DNA of 64,000 bases from NCBI RefSeq assembly GCF_018350175.1, contig NC_058368.1, positions 105,526,001-105,590,000 of the forward strand. Direction: 5' to 3'. Position numbers and translations under genes: made by a program. The notes beneath the pieces were generated by a model. That model was not told the origin of the DNA. It worked only from the letters and a program-made list of their open reading frames with translations, and made no database searches. Shown one piece after another: positions 29,261 to 43,414 of this stretch. The stretch's first letter is position 1. The number at the start of each line of letters is the position of its first letter. The stretch is from Felis catus. Taxonomy: Eukaryota.

Positions 29261-29577
29261 TGTTATGAATATTTTAATTACCATGGTCATTTCTTCCTGT
29301 AATACCTACCAGAATTTTGATGTGTAATCTTACCAAGTGATATGTAATCATTTGGCATGATACTTGTTCCAAGAAGTTTTTGTTCATGCATTTCTCATGT
29401 ACCGAGAAACCCTGCTTGAAAGTCATCTTCTGTTGAGAATCCTGTGGCCTGTGTCTTGAGAACAATTACATAAAGGAGAGATTCTAGTGTAATAATACAT
29501 TCTTAGAGAAGCAGCGTAAAACCTTTGCATGTTATCAAAATCTAAACTCTAATATTGTTTTATTTTTTTAATCTTAA

Positions 29578-29745
<168 letters not shown>

Positions 29746-30020
29746 TAATTTGTAATTCATGGGACTTTTTAGATGTGAAATAATTTGACAAAATAAGTCT
29801 GTTGAGTTTCTTTAGACATTTTGTAATTAGTTATTTTCTTCAAAATATTTTTGCCTCAAAACTGTCTCAGAACCTGACTTTAGCAAAGATTTGAGAATTT
29901 TGATTGTTTTTTTTTTCTTATTTATTATGAGATTTTAGGAAACTATATTTCTGTTACAGAAGGTTTTGGGTAAGAAAAGTAGCTTCTTGGTAACTAAGGA
30001 GCCTAACTGAAATACGTGCA

Positions 30021-30244
30021 TTTTCTTTTTTTTTTTTTTTTTTTTAATGTTTATTTTATTTTTGAGACAGAGACAGAGCATGAACGGGGGAGGGTCAGAG
30101 AGAGAAGGAGACACAGAATCTGATGCAGGCTCTAGGCTCTGAGCTGTCAGCACAGAGCCAGACGCAGGGCTCGAACTCACAGATCGTGAGATCATGACCT
30201 GAGCCAAAGTTGGAAGCTCAACTGACTGAGCCACCCAGGCACCC
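30021..30244 (-). mobile_element. Can-SINE
   Basis: Long T tract then SINE body; TSD tgaaatacgtg (30008-30018 and 30245-30255). Confidence 0.95.
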
Positions 30245-31168
30245 TGAAATACGTGTGTTTTCTTACTGACATTTTTCATAATGTTTTGAGAATACTGGGA
30301 ACATTTACTACCAGGAAAAAAGAGTTGGAAGAGGTAGACAAATCTTGGTAAATATCTAGTATCCAATATATAAGAAGGGCAGAGTGAATGCTGAATTTCC
30401 AAGTTGAAACAGTGTTAATTTTAATTGCCTATTCTTTTTTGTTTTAACCATGAGTAATACCATTTTAAAAATACTGTTAAACTTTTCATCCAAAAGTAGT
30501 TTTTTATGATTTGGGCATCTTGATTGTTAGACAATGGATCACCTGTTCTGTGTGAGAAATTTGGAGCATTTGTCAGATTAGCTTTTCTTCCAAACTGTTT
30601 AGTTCATCTTGGTAGAAATTTGGGTTCGACACCCCATGTCTCAGCCTGTGCTACATTTGCTCTTCTGCTTATATGGTAGCAAGGTCAAAGCCATGTCTGG
30701 GGGAGAACATTAAGACACCGACCCCACTTGGGACCTGTGGAGGTTTTCAGTTTGTCTCCAAGTTGAACATTTCAAGTTGGGGTTTGACCACAGGAAATTA
30801 CAAATGGGGCAGTATTCCTTAACTTTTTCCTCTGTAAAACAAATTGTATTTTTCCTATACTTTTTCATGTACAATGAGGGTGTACTCTTAAACCTACTTT
30901 TAGATTGTTGCTTTATACATTTGCATATAACACATTTTATGTGTTGCTTGCAAGAACCAAAATAGAATTGTAAGTTGAAGTCTCATTTCCTTAATTCTCT
31001 TACTTCACCATTTAACTAACAGAAATATGAAGAAAAAAAATGCATTTATATTTTACAGCAAACTTCTGTTTTCAGTGATATTTTCAGGTTACTGAGAATT
31101 AATAACTCAAACATTGGGGACAAAGGGAAAACAAGCTGAGAAACTTTATGTAGAAAAACACAAGGCTC

Positions 31169-31385
31169 GGGTGCCTGAGTGGCTCAGTAAGTAAGCATCT
31201 GAGTCTTGATTTCAGCCCAGGTCATGATCTCACGGTTCGTGAGTTTGAGTCCCACATCGGGTTCCGTGCTGACAAGCAGAGCCTGCTTGGGATTCTTTCT
31301 CTCTCTCCCTCTCTCTGCCCATCCCCTGCCCACTCATGTTCTTTCTCTCAAAAATAAAAAGAAATAGAACATTAAACCAAACAAA
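31169..31385 (+). mobile_element. Can-SINE (older)
   Basis: gggtgcctgagtggctcag head; degenerate TSD tagaaaaacacaaggctc / tagaaaagcagaaggctc. Confidence 0.9.
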
Positions 31386-31692
31386 TAGAAAAGCAGAAGG
31401 CTCTTATTTTTCTCCATGTAATCTCTTCTCCATCTTTAGTAATTTCTAATTTTTCTCATTTACTTAGTATTGAACCTTCTTATTTTTTCAGTGTGCATTT
31501 CTTCCTCTTTGCTTTTCCCTTTTAGTGGCACCCCCCCCCCCCATCCCTCCCATGCCTTCACTTTTGCAACGCAGACCCGTACTGTCATTATCTTCAGTAC
31601 TGGAAAGGATTCACTGACAGGAAAATGCAATGTTGTTGTCCTCCTCTTCTCCCCGTCCCCCACGTGCAGGCAGCTTGTTCAGGCCGAAGTAA

Positions 31693-31956
<264 letters not shown>

Positions 31957-32289
31957 TGAAAAACCGTTTACATTCTAGGTTTCATTCTTCATATCAATAA
32001 AAATGGTAAATCTTTAAACATATTTTTATTACTAAGATTTGTGTAATTGGAGAGCGTAAGGAATGAAAGAAATAATGTGCCCTTGGCAGCCCGGGGAAAA
32101 CCTATTTGGAAATTATCCTAGCCTATTTCCTTAAGACGTTTCCCTTTCACTTTCTGCTGTACCTCATTGGGGTTAGTTTGTAAGTATGAATTAATGGCAG
32201 TCCTTATTTAATTCTTTAAAAATTCTTGTTCCTTACTGTATTTCTCACTATTTATTTACTAAACTTAGATGTCACTTTCAGTTTTGTGT

Positions 32290-32450
32290 ATGACACACTG
32301 GTCAGAATTTGGGATTTGGAGTCGGTCCTAGATTGACATGTTAGCACTACCACTTCCTTATTATGAATTTTTACTGAGAAAGTTCCTCAACTTCTCTGAA
32401 GCTCAGTTTCCTCAATCAGCCCTGAAGTTTATGGGAAGAAATAAATGGGT
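32290..32450 (+). mobile_element. MIR fragment
   Basis: tttggagtc...cctcaacttctctgaagctcagtttcctca core motif. Confidence 0.6.
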
Positions 32451-32948
32451 TGGGATCATGTTGGCCATCTTTTTTTTATAGGAACCCCTTTCTTCAAAAG
32501 AAAGATTAACCAGAAGCCCATTCATTGTGTTGATTGCAGAGCTGCTCTGTTAAAGCAGAGGTGGGAGGCTCAGCGTGCTGTCACCTGCACATTCTGTTTA
32601 GATATTTTATAAAACTTGACAAGCACAGCATTAAGAATATCTTAGGCGAGCCTCAGGAATAATAAGGGGTGGTAGTGGGCTTACTTTGGTAGATATAAAG
32701 TCTCATCGTAAACTTTAGTAATTAACACATAGTGGTATTGAATTAGTGATAATAAGGTTAATGGAATAAAACAGAAAGGAGAAATAGAGCCCCTCATATA
32801 GAAAATTTAATATATATGGAAGTAGAATTAAAAGGATGAGCTAGGGCAGTTGGTGATTCGTGTGAAAAAATAATAGATCTTTACAAAGAATACACAAAAA
32901 CCATTTCTAGAGGGATTAAGGACTAAATGTGAAAGGCAAAGGTTTCTC

Positions 32949-33164
32949 TTTTTTTTTTTTCAACGTTTATTTATTTTTGGGACAGAGAGAGACAGAGCAT
33001 GAACGGGGGAGGGGCAGAGAGAGAGGGAGACACAGAATCAGAAACAGGCTCCAGGCTCTGAGCCATCAGCCCAGAGCCTGACACGGGGCTCGAACTCACG
33101 GACCGCGAGATCGTGACCTGGCTGAAGTCGGATGCTTAACCGACTGTGCCACCCAGGCGCCCCC
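32949..33164 (-). mobile_element. Young felid Can-SINE within an ancient L1 fragment (~32720-33900)
   Basis: Nearly identical to the copies at 6492 and 15453; flanks show degenerate L1 ORF2/3'UTR sequence. Confidence 0.95.
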
Positions 33165-34029
33165 AAAGTTTTTAACTATTAGAAGAAAAATGTAGAATAA
33201 TTTTATGACTTTGAGCTAGGGAAGGATTTTTATTTCAGTGAGACACAAAAAAGTTGAACTCTGAAGTTCAGTCTGCCATTTCCAAGTGTTAGGAGCCGTA
33301 TGAACAGTTGGAAATCTTTGAACTGCCATAGCAACATAGATGGCACAGTCACTTGGGTTAGCAACCTGGCAGTGTCCTCTACTTTCAAAGTGTTCGTATC
33401 CTCGGACATTCCGTTCTTACGTGTGTGTGTTCCTTAGAGAAACTTTTACACATGTAGGGAAGACTATATGAAATTGCATAGCAGCATTATTTGTATTCGT
33501 GAAAAAGAAATGGAAGTAACTTCAACAGCCATCAGCCACAAATTGAAAGATCGTGGTATAAACATGCAGTGGAATTCTACATAGTGATAAAAAGGAATTA
33601 GTTATACGTAGCAATAGGAATAAACTTTGAACACAGAAAGTGCTAAGGAAAAATAGCAAGGTAAAAAGACAGGAACAATATGGAGATGATATAAAATTTT
33701 AAATATACGTAAATTAAACATGTATATGTATGTATGTATGCCTAAATGATGAAATGGTGAAAATACAAAGAGGGCGTGACAAGGATACATAGGGTGTTTG
33801 AAGTGTGTTTGTAATGTTTTTTCTTAAGCTGGGTGATGCGTACATGATTATTTAATGTATTTGCTTTTCTATGTAAAGTATTTAAATATTTCAAGTAAAG
33901 TTCTGCTTCTGGTCATAAGGTTGTTTCTAGTGGGTAAATCTTAACTTGCTTTTGTGCGATTTGTAGGAACATTTCTGGAACCACTTTATGTATTTAAGAA
34001 GCGTTAGGAAGGAAAATACTTCCTTAGAG

Positions 34030-34200
34030 CAGTGGTTCCTGAACGTGAGCATACGTCAGAGTCATGTAGTGGGCTTGTTAAAACACACTGCTGCGTCCCA
34101 CCTTTGGGATGACTCAGTGGGTCCTTGGGTGAGCCGGGAGAGTTTGCATTTCTGTAACTGCTCCTGGTACAGTGCGGACACTACAGTTTGAGAACCTCTG
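34030..34200. mobile_element. MER5A-like hAT-Charlie DNA transposon fossil
   Basis: Terminal inverted repeats CAGTGGTTC... and ...GAGAACCTCTG; internal gggcttgttaaaacac and tttgcatttct motifs; ~170 bp. Confidence 0.8.
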
Positions 34201-35274
34201 ACCTTAAGGGTTTCTGTGGTAAAAATGACACTGTTGACGAGTGTTAGGATCCATTGTCCTCCTCGCTCTTCTTCCCGCTAACATGTTCACCCCAGTGGGT
34301 CTAGACCGTTTGAGCAGTGTGGGGATAAAAGTAGGATGCATAGCGCATGGTAGTATTTTGAGACTGGCCTATAAACTGGTGGATGCAAGCATTTCACTAA
34401 GATGCCCAAGAAGTTGCCTTGATTATAGTGGCAGAGCTGTCTGAGTAACTGTGTAAAACAAACTTACAAATAGGAGAATTATCTCTACAATATTAATCAC
34501 TGACTTCTTAGTGTAAATTGTCACTGACAGTATTTCTTTCTTTTGTACCTTCTGGAAACCTGTTAACATCCAGTGGCAAAAGCCTGTATGTCTTATTAGA
34601 GGTTTATAATCTTTGTCAAAAACCGCTTTTGAACATGTTTACTCTACCTTACTTATGCTCTCTCTTCTCGTTTCTCTCTCATTTATCTAGTTACTAATTA
34701 TAAGCATTCATGTATCATTGAATTAGCATTTAAGTATCCAGGCTCCACAATAAATCTCAAGATTCACGATTTTAAAAAAGAGGCATTTTTCTCCAGTAGC
34801 ACTGCTAGCTTCCTTGTGTATTTGTATCTTTCTGTTTTCTTTTTTAATGGCAGGAGCCACTTAATTATCAGTCGATTTTAAACCTTCATTTCAAAGAGCA
34901 AAAACTTACTGTCCTTAGTGAAAATTCAGATTACAGATTACGTTATGGGGGCCCTTTAAATCAAGTGGGTCTCATTCACAGTCTCACTCTAGACATAACT
35001 TTACCTTTTTTCCTGCACAAAAGTAGCCCAGAATTATACTCTTTAATACATGCTGAATGTTTGTGACCTTTCCTCTTCATCAGCCACTTTTTGAGGTAGA
35101 CGGTAAGTTCTTTTAAGTTCTTCTGAAATAAGTAGATCAAAATAATCTAATTCTTATACCAATAAGAATATTAGAAATATAAATTCTGTACAAATTATGT
35201 CTTATAGCCACATCTACAAGAAATATTGTGCCATGAGATATTAACTAATGATAATTTAAAGCAATCACTAATTT

Positions 35275-35485
35275 GGGGGCACCTGGGTAGCTCAATCGGG
35301 TAAGCATCCAACTTTGGCTCAGGTCCTGATCTCGCGGTTCGTGAGTTTGGACCCCACGTGGGGCTCTGTGCTGACAGCTCGGAGCCTGGAACCGGCTTCA
35401 GATTCTGTGTCTCCTGCTCTCTCTGCCCCTCCTCCGCTTGCACTCTGTCTCTCTCTTTGAAAATAAACAAACATTAAAAAAAAAT
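35275..35485 (+). mobile_element. Can-SINE
   Basis: Full head, CT linker and A tail; degenerate TSD aaagcaatcactaat / aaagctatccctaat. Confidence 0.93.
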
Positions 35486-36829
35486 AAAAGCTATCCCTAA
35501 TGGCTGAACATTTTAACCATCCAGGACATGGAGCCAAAACTCTACAAGTATTGTTTTCAGTAATTTTTAAAGTAATACAGATATCACAGCAGTATTTAAC
35601 TACATTTCAATAGGTAACCATAATGATTGGAAATATTTTTACTTAATAGTGAAAGACAGAAATAAAAAGCCATTGTGTACCATTGTGGAAATAGTTTGTT
35701 TCTGCTGCAGTAAAAATGGTTATGATGATGCAAAGGAAAATATAATAACAAACTAAAACACATTTCTTGTCAGCAAATTCTGGTGAAAGATGCATAGAAA
35801 ACATTGCTGAAGATCCAAAGAAACAACACAATGGGAATATTTGAAACTAAAGACGTTTGTAATAAGCTTCAGAGGATTGTATTTTGCCAAATCAGTTTCA
35901 ATTATGGAATTCCATGAAAAACTGATTTTATGAACCATTAAAGAAATCTGTTTTCCAGAGAAGACATATTTTCAGTAATAAATTGTTCTTTAAAACACAG
36001 GATGTTTTATGGAACCTGAAAGCATTACTTCTGATTTAGGGATGAGTGATACATTTCAAATTTCTTTGCTCAGTCATTCAAGGAAAAGTTATTGAAATAA
36101 TGAAGTTGAAACAAATGGACAGAGTGCCGCAGGGTGTTATTATTAATTTTATAAAAATAAAACCTTTTAATTATTATGTTGTGACAAAAGTTTGTGATGA
36201 AAAAGAGAATAAAAATGACATTATTTTGTATCATCAGTAAGTTATTGGTTATCTTGTAGCCTCGTTCTTTAAAAAGCTCTAAAACTCAAAGATGTTTTTT
36301 GCTTTGCTTTTACCAAAAAAAAAAAAAAGAAAAAAGAAAAGTCTGTGTGATTAGTGGCTATCTTGGTACCTAATAGATAGTTTTAAAAAACAATGATTAT
36401 CTTTTAGCTATGAAGGTAAAGAGTTGTTTTTAATATCTAGTGGGATAGAGATTCTTTTTTGAAAGAAATTTGTGCATGGAGAGAACGTTTTGAGAAAGAT
36501 TTTAAGTTTTATATGGTTAGGATATTGCTAACTATCCCAAATCGTATGGACAGTGTCTGGCACATGATCACATAATGTATACTTGGATTAATTTAATCTT
36601 GAAATTAAGATTTAATTGTTAATCTTTCAATAGATTAATCTTTAAAGATTAAAATTAATCATTAAATTTATTTTGAGAGAGAGCACATATGTACACTCTC
36701 AAATAAATATTAAAAGAATAAAAATAAAAAAATAAATGTTTATAGCCCGTCTATTTGGAGGATTTGATCCTTTATAAGATATTTTGCTGAATAGTATATA
36801 TTGAAAGTTGTGTTTTTCCTTTGTTTTAG

Positions 36830-36937
<108 letters not shown>

Positions 36938-37414
36938 TAAGTATCCTTTTAATCCAGGAACTTGGTTCAGAAAATGAAAACTTGCACTGGTTTTCAAAGC
37001 CTGCAGTGGTTTGTGAAGTCTGTTTTCTTAATACCCTCTCTTCTCGTAGAAGCCTAAGAATGAAAAGAATCACATGCGGTTATCTGGGTTGTCACTTGAT
37101 GAACTATTCACAAATGTTTTGATTGATGTTTCTGTCTCTCTTAATACATTTGAACATTCACACACGTGTGCAAATGAGCACACGACATATATACTCTAGC
37201 TTCTCATTCAAGTTAGGAAGAGTTGGGGTATCCTTACAGCTGTTGCTGAGCAGATTTCCCGAATGTCAGACCTCTCACCTTGTGTTCTGTCATTATAGTA
37301 TCTGGTGCTGAGGAGGACATTTCATCATTAATATCACCCTTCAGATGGTTAGGTTCATTCTCTCACACTGATTTACATGTTATTACTTTATTTATGCATT
37401 AGGTGATTTGCGGT

Positions 37415-37610
37415 TTTTTTTAATAAACTTTTTTTTAATGTTCATTTTTGAGAGAGAGTGAGACAATGGGGGAGGGGCAGGGAGAAAGGGAGACACCTAC
37501 TCTGAAGGAGGCTTAGCACAGAGCCCAGTGCAGGGCTCGAACTCACCAACTGTGAGATCATGACCTGAGCCGAAGTTGGACGCTTAATGGACTGAGCCAG
37601 CCAGGCGCCC
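37415..37610 (-). mobile_element. Can-SINE (internally deleted)
   Basis: T tract, gagagaga linker, ends gagccagccaggcgcccc. Confidence 0.9.
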
Positions 37611-38067
37611 CAGTCATTTACATTTTTTAAGTGTACTTACATGCTTTGATTTTCAACCTGTTTGTGAAGTGTAGATTTTGAGTCTATAATTCACTTCTTG
37701 GTGTTATTTAAATGAATGATATTTATCAGACAGCTTGTGTTGGTTTAACATTACTTCATCTTCCCTTGTATGGATTGTCTGGTGCATTCTTTTTATTTTT
37801 TTTTTACTTTGTCTTTCTGACTTGAGCTGGTTTATGTTATAGTTGATTTTTATGAATGTATCTGTTTAATCCACCACAAATGCTTGTTGGAACTAAGTGA
37901 GTTATTTAATAAAAAGAATAAAACTTGTTATTTTTGGCAATTTTCTTCTTAATTTTGAAATACTTCCTTTTCCTAGTATTCTGGGTTTGCTTAACAGGTC
38001 CCTTTATCTCATTTGTACTATTTTATAGAGGATAAGGATTCCCTTTCACACTACCATTGTGTGTGTG

Positions 38068-38292
38068 TTTTTTTTAATTTTCTTTAAATGTTATTTCTTT
38101 TTGAGAAAGAGAAAGAGAGAGTACAAGTGGAGGAGGGTGGAGGAGGGTCAGAAAGGGAGAAACAGAATCCAAAGCAGGCTCCAGGCTTCAAGATGTCAGT
38201 ACAGAGCCTGACATGAGGCTTGAACTCAAGAGACGTGAGATTGTGACCTGAGCCAAAGTCGGATGCTTAACTGACTGAGCCACCCAGGCGCT
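38068..38292 (-). mobile_element. Can-SINE, followed by an L1 3' fragment (~38310-38500) and a short SINE (~38510-38637), all on the minus strand
   Basis: SINE body ending gagccacccaggcg; adjacent attagtttcaggtgtataa L1 3'UTR pattern; aatctctacacccaacatggggctcgaactcac short-SINE pattern. Confidence 0.85.
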
Positions 38293-40875
38293 GCTACCAT
38301 TATATTTTTAAGTTTTTTTATTTTAATTCCAATGGTAACATTTAGTGTTACATTAGTTTCAGGTGTATAATATTGTGATACAACAATTCTCTGCAATACT
38401 CAGTGCCCATCATGATAAGTGTACTCTTAATCCCCATCACCTATTTTTTTCCATCCCTCCACCAACTCCCCTCTGTTCTCCATACTTAGGAGTCCATCAC
38501 ACCACCATTCTTTTTTTGTTTTTTGTTTTTTGTTTTTTGGGTTTTTTTTTTTTTTTAAGTAATCTCTACACCCAACATGGGGCTCGAACTCACAACCATA
38601 AGATCAAGAGTCCCAAGCTGAGGCAACCATGTGCCCCACACCACAATCCTTGGTTGAAGAATAATTTCTTCTTATTATAGATGCTGATGAAACAGAACTG
38701 TTCATTCTTTCATATCTTGTTTTTCTTTACATACAATTGTGCTTTTAAAAAAAAAAATGTGTTTGGCAAAGTAGCTCTATGACCAGGTTCAAATCTTATC
38801 TCTCTGAATTTTGATCTGATTATCCTTAACTAAGTAGTTATTTCCCTTACTGGAACTCCTGTTGGAGCCATAAGTACTTACCTGGATCACATATGATAAT
38901 TTTGTGTCCATAGCTACCTTGAAATCTATTTGAGGGAGTAACCAGATGTTATACTTTTTAAAAAATCTCTTCATATTGATTAGGAAAGTATAGAATGAAT
39001 AAGTTTTCCCAAGTAATTATTAAATGCTTTTAGTAAAATTAAAGCTTTTCTGATTTTTGACCTAATATGGTTGCTCTTTAGCTTTGGGGTTTCATCCTAC
39101 GTTTCTAATTCTGTCCTATGCACTTTGCATATGTGAGGACTAGGAAAGGAAGGACAGTGTGAATGTTTAAATCATGTAGGCCATCTGACGTGGACTGGGC
39201 TCTTTTCTGAAGATGCAAGAACAGTGAGATGGAATAATTATCCTAAAATGTAGAAAAAGTGACATTTTTTACAAAGAATTCTTCCACTGTTAGTTGTAGT
39301 TGCTCAAAAGAAAGGAGTCTTTCTGACTTTGACCTTGTAGGAACTTGAAGTGAATGTTTGCTCTGAGAGTCAAGTATTACTCTAAGTATTATACAGCAGG
39401 CAGCAATTAAGAGAAGCAAAATGATGCTTTCTGGTTTCCAGAGCCATAGAAATTGATGTCAGTTTCAAAGCAGTGATACTGCTTATGCTTTTATCTTGTG
39501 ACACTTAAGTTTTGGTTCTGATTATAAATACTTTGAGCACTTGAGGTTTACTTAATTTACTATGCCTAGTAACAGCATGGAGAGACTAAAACTCCAAATC
39601 AAATTATAGCTTAGAGCAATTTCTTTGTTTATAGCAAAAATATTTAGCTACTTAATTCCACGGTAAACTTGGGAAGCTATATTCACTGCCTTTTCTTTAA
39701 GGACCTTGATTTTAAGTCATTTGTGATTTATTAACTTTTTTTCAAATACTTGTAGTTACTCTTCTCTAACATTAGGTCTTTCAGGATACAGCTGAGGAAG
39801 GTTACTGTGTCCATTAATTTTCCGATGAATCTCTTCAGACCTTAGCTAATTCATTATAGGAATGAGGCCAAAATTGTCTCCCCATGATTTAAAACAAAAA
39901 CAAAAACAAAAACAAAAAACATCAATAAATCAATAAAACGTCTCTTACAGTGATAGGTATTCTTCTTTGTGTCTGTGGGAACAAAAATTTGATTTTTTTT
40001 TTTTTTTAGCATTTTAGCCCTTTCTTTTGGTTATATAGAACTAGGTTGTATGTAATTTTTTGAGTATAATGAATATTGGTTGCTTCATAATTAAAAATAA
40101 TAATGAAAGATAAAACTCAAGCCTGTTACACTCCGGGAATGACCCAAAGTTTAGGAATTTGTAATTCTTTCAGTAGATTTGAGAAAAACTTGAATCCACA
40201 TGATTCATGGTCTCAACATAAAGTTTCCAGAATTGAAGTCTGGTTTTAGAGTTGTCTTTGAGGTTTTAATATATTTTGCATGTGTTATAGGATGATCCCA
40301 TTTGTGTTTAAAAAACTTGAAAGGACATATGAATGCGTGTCTACAAATGCATATAAAATCTTTGTATTACCTTTTTAAACATTTTTGTAAAAATGTGAGA
40401 ATTACTTAAAAATACTCTGGTTTCTTTCAGAAGTCATTCCTTTATATTCTACAACCTATTCTCTTTCTCAGTGGAATCACTCTGCTTTGTCTTCTTGTAT
40501 TTCTCATAGCTTTAAGGGTGTAAGCCTAAATTAAGTATGGTGGGAATATTGAATGTTATTTTTCCGTAATTTTAGTTTGTTTCAGATAGGATAGGAGTAC
40601 AGGCATGCTTTAAATGTCTGGTGTAGGTAGAGTGTCAAGACTATAAAGATGTACACTTAACTCGTTTTTAAGAGTATTATAGAAGAAAGGAAAGGGAATG
40701 GTATAGAATTTGAAGCAGACATTATATGGGTCTCACTGTATTTTTAAAAGCATATGTTAGAAATAAGACGTTTAAAGCTGAAGGTGTTTTAGAAATCATC
40801 TCTTACTGCGTTCATTTTATAGAGGAGGACACTAACATTTTTGTGATTTTGATTCTCCCCCCACCCCCATTATAG

Positions 40876-40955
40876 TGACGCCTTTGACATACAATATGGA
40901 GTAGTGGTTATCCGCCTAAAAGAGGGTCTGGATATATCTCATCTTCAAGCACAAG
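40876..40955 (+). CDS. SLC12A2: NKCC1 exon 19, 80 nt
   Basis: ttatag|TGACGC...CACAAG|gtaagt; [26 protein letters not shown]; branch-point-like CACTAAC at 40830-40836. Confidence 0.97.
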
Positions 40956-41409
40956 GTAAGTCTTACTTGAATAAATGTTTTACTTTAAAAATATAAATGA
41001 TTCTGTTAGTTCTATGTCGTTCTCACAGATTCTTCAATAACTTTAACATTTACTATCTGTTTTGTGTCATGTACTTTATGGCATTTGGAAGTGAGATCTT
41101 TTCAGCTCCACCATCTTTTCAGAGTTGGCACCAACCTGGATGATGGCTGGTGATTATTAATGGAGAGAATAAAATTCAGCATAAATCATAAGTTTAAGAG
41201 AAATAAGCATGAGTTATGGTTTTAGTTTGGCCAAATTTATAAAAATACATGGTAAATACTATAGAGAAAAAAATGTTAATGACTGCTAAATCATCATTTT
41301 CATGTTTATGAAGGTCATGCTTTTTTTACACACAGGTATATTAATAATGAAAACTGAACTTGGTAATGTCATTTTCTCTGTCTTCAGAAAAGACCCTATA
41401 AGTCATTTT

Positions 41410-41810
41410 TCATAACTTTTTCGTTTTGAAATGATTATAGATCCATAATAAGTAACAAATAATAGAGAGGTCCTCTGTACCCTTCATCCCTTGCTCCCAG
41501 TGGTAACATATTGAATATCTATCATTATACGTCATAACCAGGAAACTGACATTGTGACCATTTACCCACCTTATTCAGATTTCACCAGTTCTACTTAACA
41601 CTTGGGTGTGTGTGCTCATGAACATGTGTATAGTTCTGTGCCGTGTATCACATGCGGTTGATTCATATAACCAGCACCATAATCAAGATACAAAACTGTT
41701 CGATCGCCTCAAAAATCTCTCTTGTGCTACTCCTTTATGCCCCCGCCATGCCCTTCATCTCTCCCCCATCATTAACCCCTGATACCCACTAATCTCCTCT
41801 CCAACTATGT
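41410..41810 (-). mobile_element. Old L1 (L1MB/MC-like) 3' fragment
   Basis: agagaggtcctctgtacccttca...cagtggtaacat...aaccaggaaactgacattg...aatcaagatacaaaactgtt pattern. Confidence 0.65.
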
Positions 41811-42484
41811 AATTTTTAAAGCATTCAAAAAAAATGTTTTTAGATGAAACTTTAAACCTAACTAAGGTATACTGATTACTTTTGCCACCTTAATAAAAAC
41901 TGGGAAATTCTGTACCCTTTGATGATTTCCTTATAATATAACAAATATTATAAGTTTAAGAAATAGCATACCTAATATTTTACCCTTATCAATTAATTAA
42001 CTAAATCATCAAAAATAGCTAAGCCTAAATAGCTGAGAGGCACATCATGAACTTTTGTCACCTGTTTATATATTTAAACAGTTGTAATCCAACCCCTCCT
42101 CCCACCATTTTAAAGGTATTGTGCAGTTTTGAAAGGAACGCTTTGAGGTCTTTATCCATGGAACACAAAAGTATGGCTTGCTGAAAATGCATTTTCTTAC
42201 TCCGGAGTAGGCCTTGCAAAATACTGTTTCAGTTCTCTCGTGAGCTGCCAGCAATTGAGGTTTAGGGTACCTGTTAACTGCACAATTAGTTGTGTTCCCT
42301 GTCACTCTCACCAGTATGACAATTTGACTAATCAATTACATATATAGGTGTGTAATCCACTGTGATTTGAATCTGACTAGAACTTTAAGAAAACATTTTC
42401 ATGTGTTTCAATTAGGAAAATTGTTTCGAAGGTCTTGTTATTCGTCATCAGGATTTGGACACAGGAATTTGGTTCAGCACAGGA

Positions 42485-42790
42485 TCAAGAGCACAGGCTT
42501 TGGAGTCAGATCTCCTTTGAAAATCCCAGCTTTTTCTGTTAGTACATAGCTCTGTAGCCTGGGCAAATTTGCTGACTTCCCAGCTTCAGTTTCCTCATAT
42601 CTTAAAACATAATTATTGGGGTGCGTGGGCTGGCTCAGTCAGAAGAGCCTGAGACTCTTGATCTTGGGGTTATGAGTTCTAGCCCCACGTTGGGTGTAGA
42701 GATACTTGAATAAAACATTAAAATTTAAAAAACGTGATTATTTCATAGGGTTGTTGTAAAGAAATGTCTACGAAGTTCTTAGCATAGTCG
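42485..42790 (+). mobile_element. MIR interrupted by a short tRNA-derived SINE (42618-~42727)
   Basis: ggctttggagtcaga...cagtttcctcat [SINE] ...catagggttgttgt; TSD aaaacataattatt / aaaacgtgattatt. Confidence 0.8.
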
Positions 42791-43414
42791 TTTCTCTTGT
42801 TATTTCTCATCATACACACAAATCAGTGATGAGGATTATCTGTCACCGATCAGTTTCTTAAGACATTAGTCTTCGTGTTGCATGTTTTCATGGTGGAAGT
42901 TAACTGTTTACTAACTACTTCTCAAAAGATACAAAATGGAGAAAGTGCTTTAAAAATGAAAAACTAGTACTCTACCCTGAGTTGATGTCCTGGTTTTGTC
43001 TCTATAGTCAGGGGTATAATTTTTCAGCATTGTTTGTCATCTTACACATATGTGAACATTTGTCACATTTTACAGTTTTTACATGTGTAAGTGACTTTGA
43101 GAGTAGAATTTATTCACATTCTATACACTATTCTTTTGTCTGCCACACTTTTATGTTCTTTGAATCTCGCTCATTACTAATTCCTCAGCACCTAATTCAC
43201 CTGTCTGATACTTAGCCGTGGCTCAAGGTATTTGAGTGAATAGTTCTTTCAAAACAGATTATCACATTTGTTTACCTAAGAAATCATGTACTGTAAACTT
43301 ACTATTTCTTCCTAAACTGTGCTGTGAACTGTTATTTAATTAATATACCATGGTGCTTTCATTAATGGTTAAAATAAGATTTAGTTAATAATTTGATTAC
43401 TTTCATGTCCGTAG

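Noticed and set aside
28395..29290. Several overlapping 90-130-aa ORFs on both strands
   Set aside because: Expected in GC-rich L1 5'UTR sequence with few stop codons; no recognisable protein, and I cannot support an ORF0 equivalent.
29935..30402. 155-aa minus-strand ORF
   Set aside because: Reads through a Can-SINE (GAWVAQSV...) and its poly(A) tail (poly-Lys); similar SINE-derived ORFs occur at 1263, 5368, 15499, 35195, 54197 and 61830.
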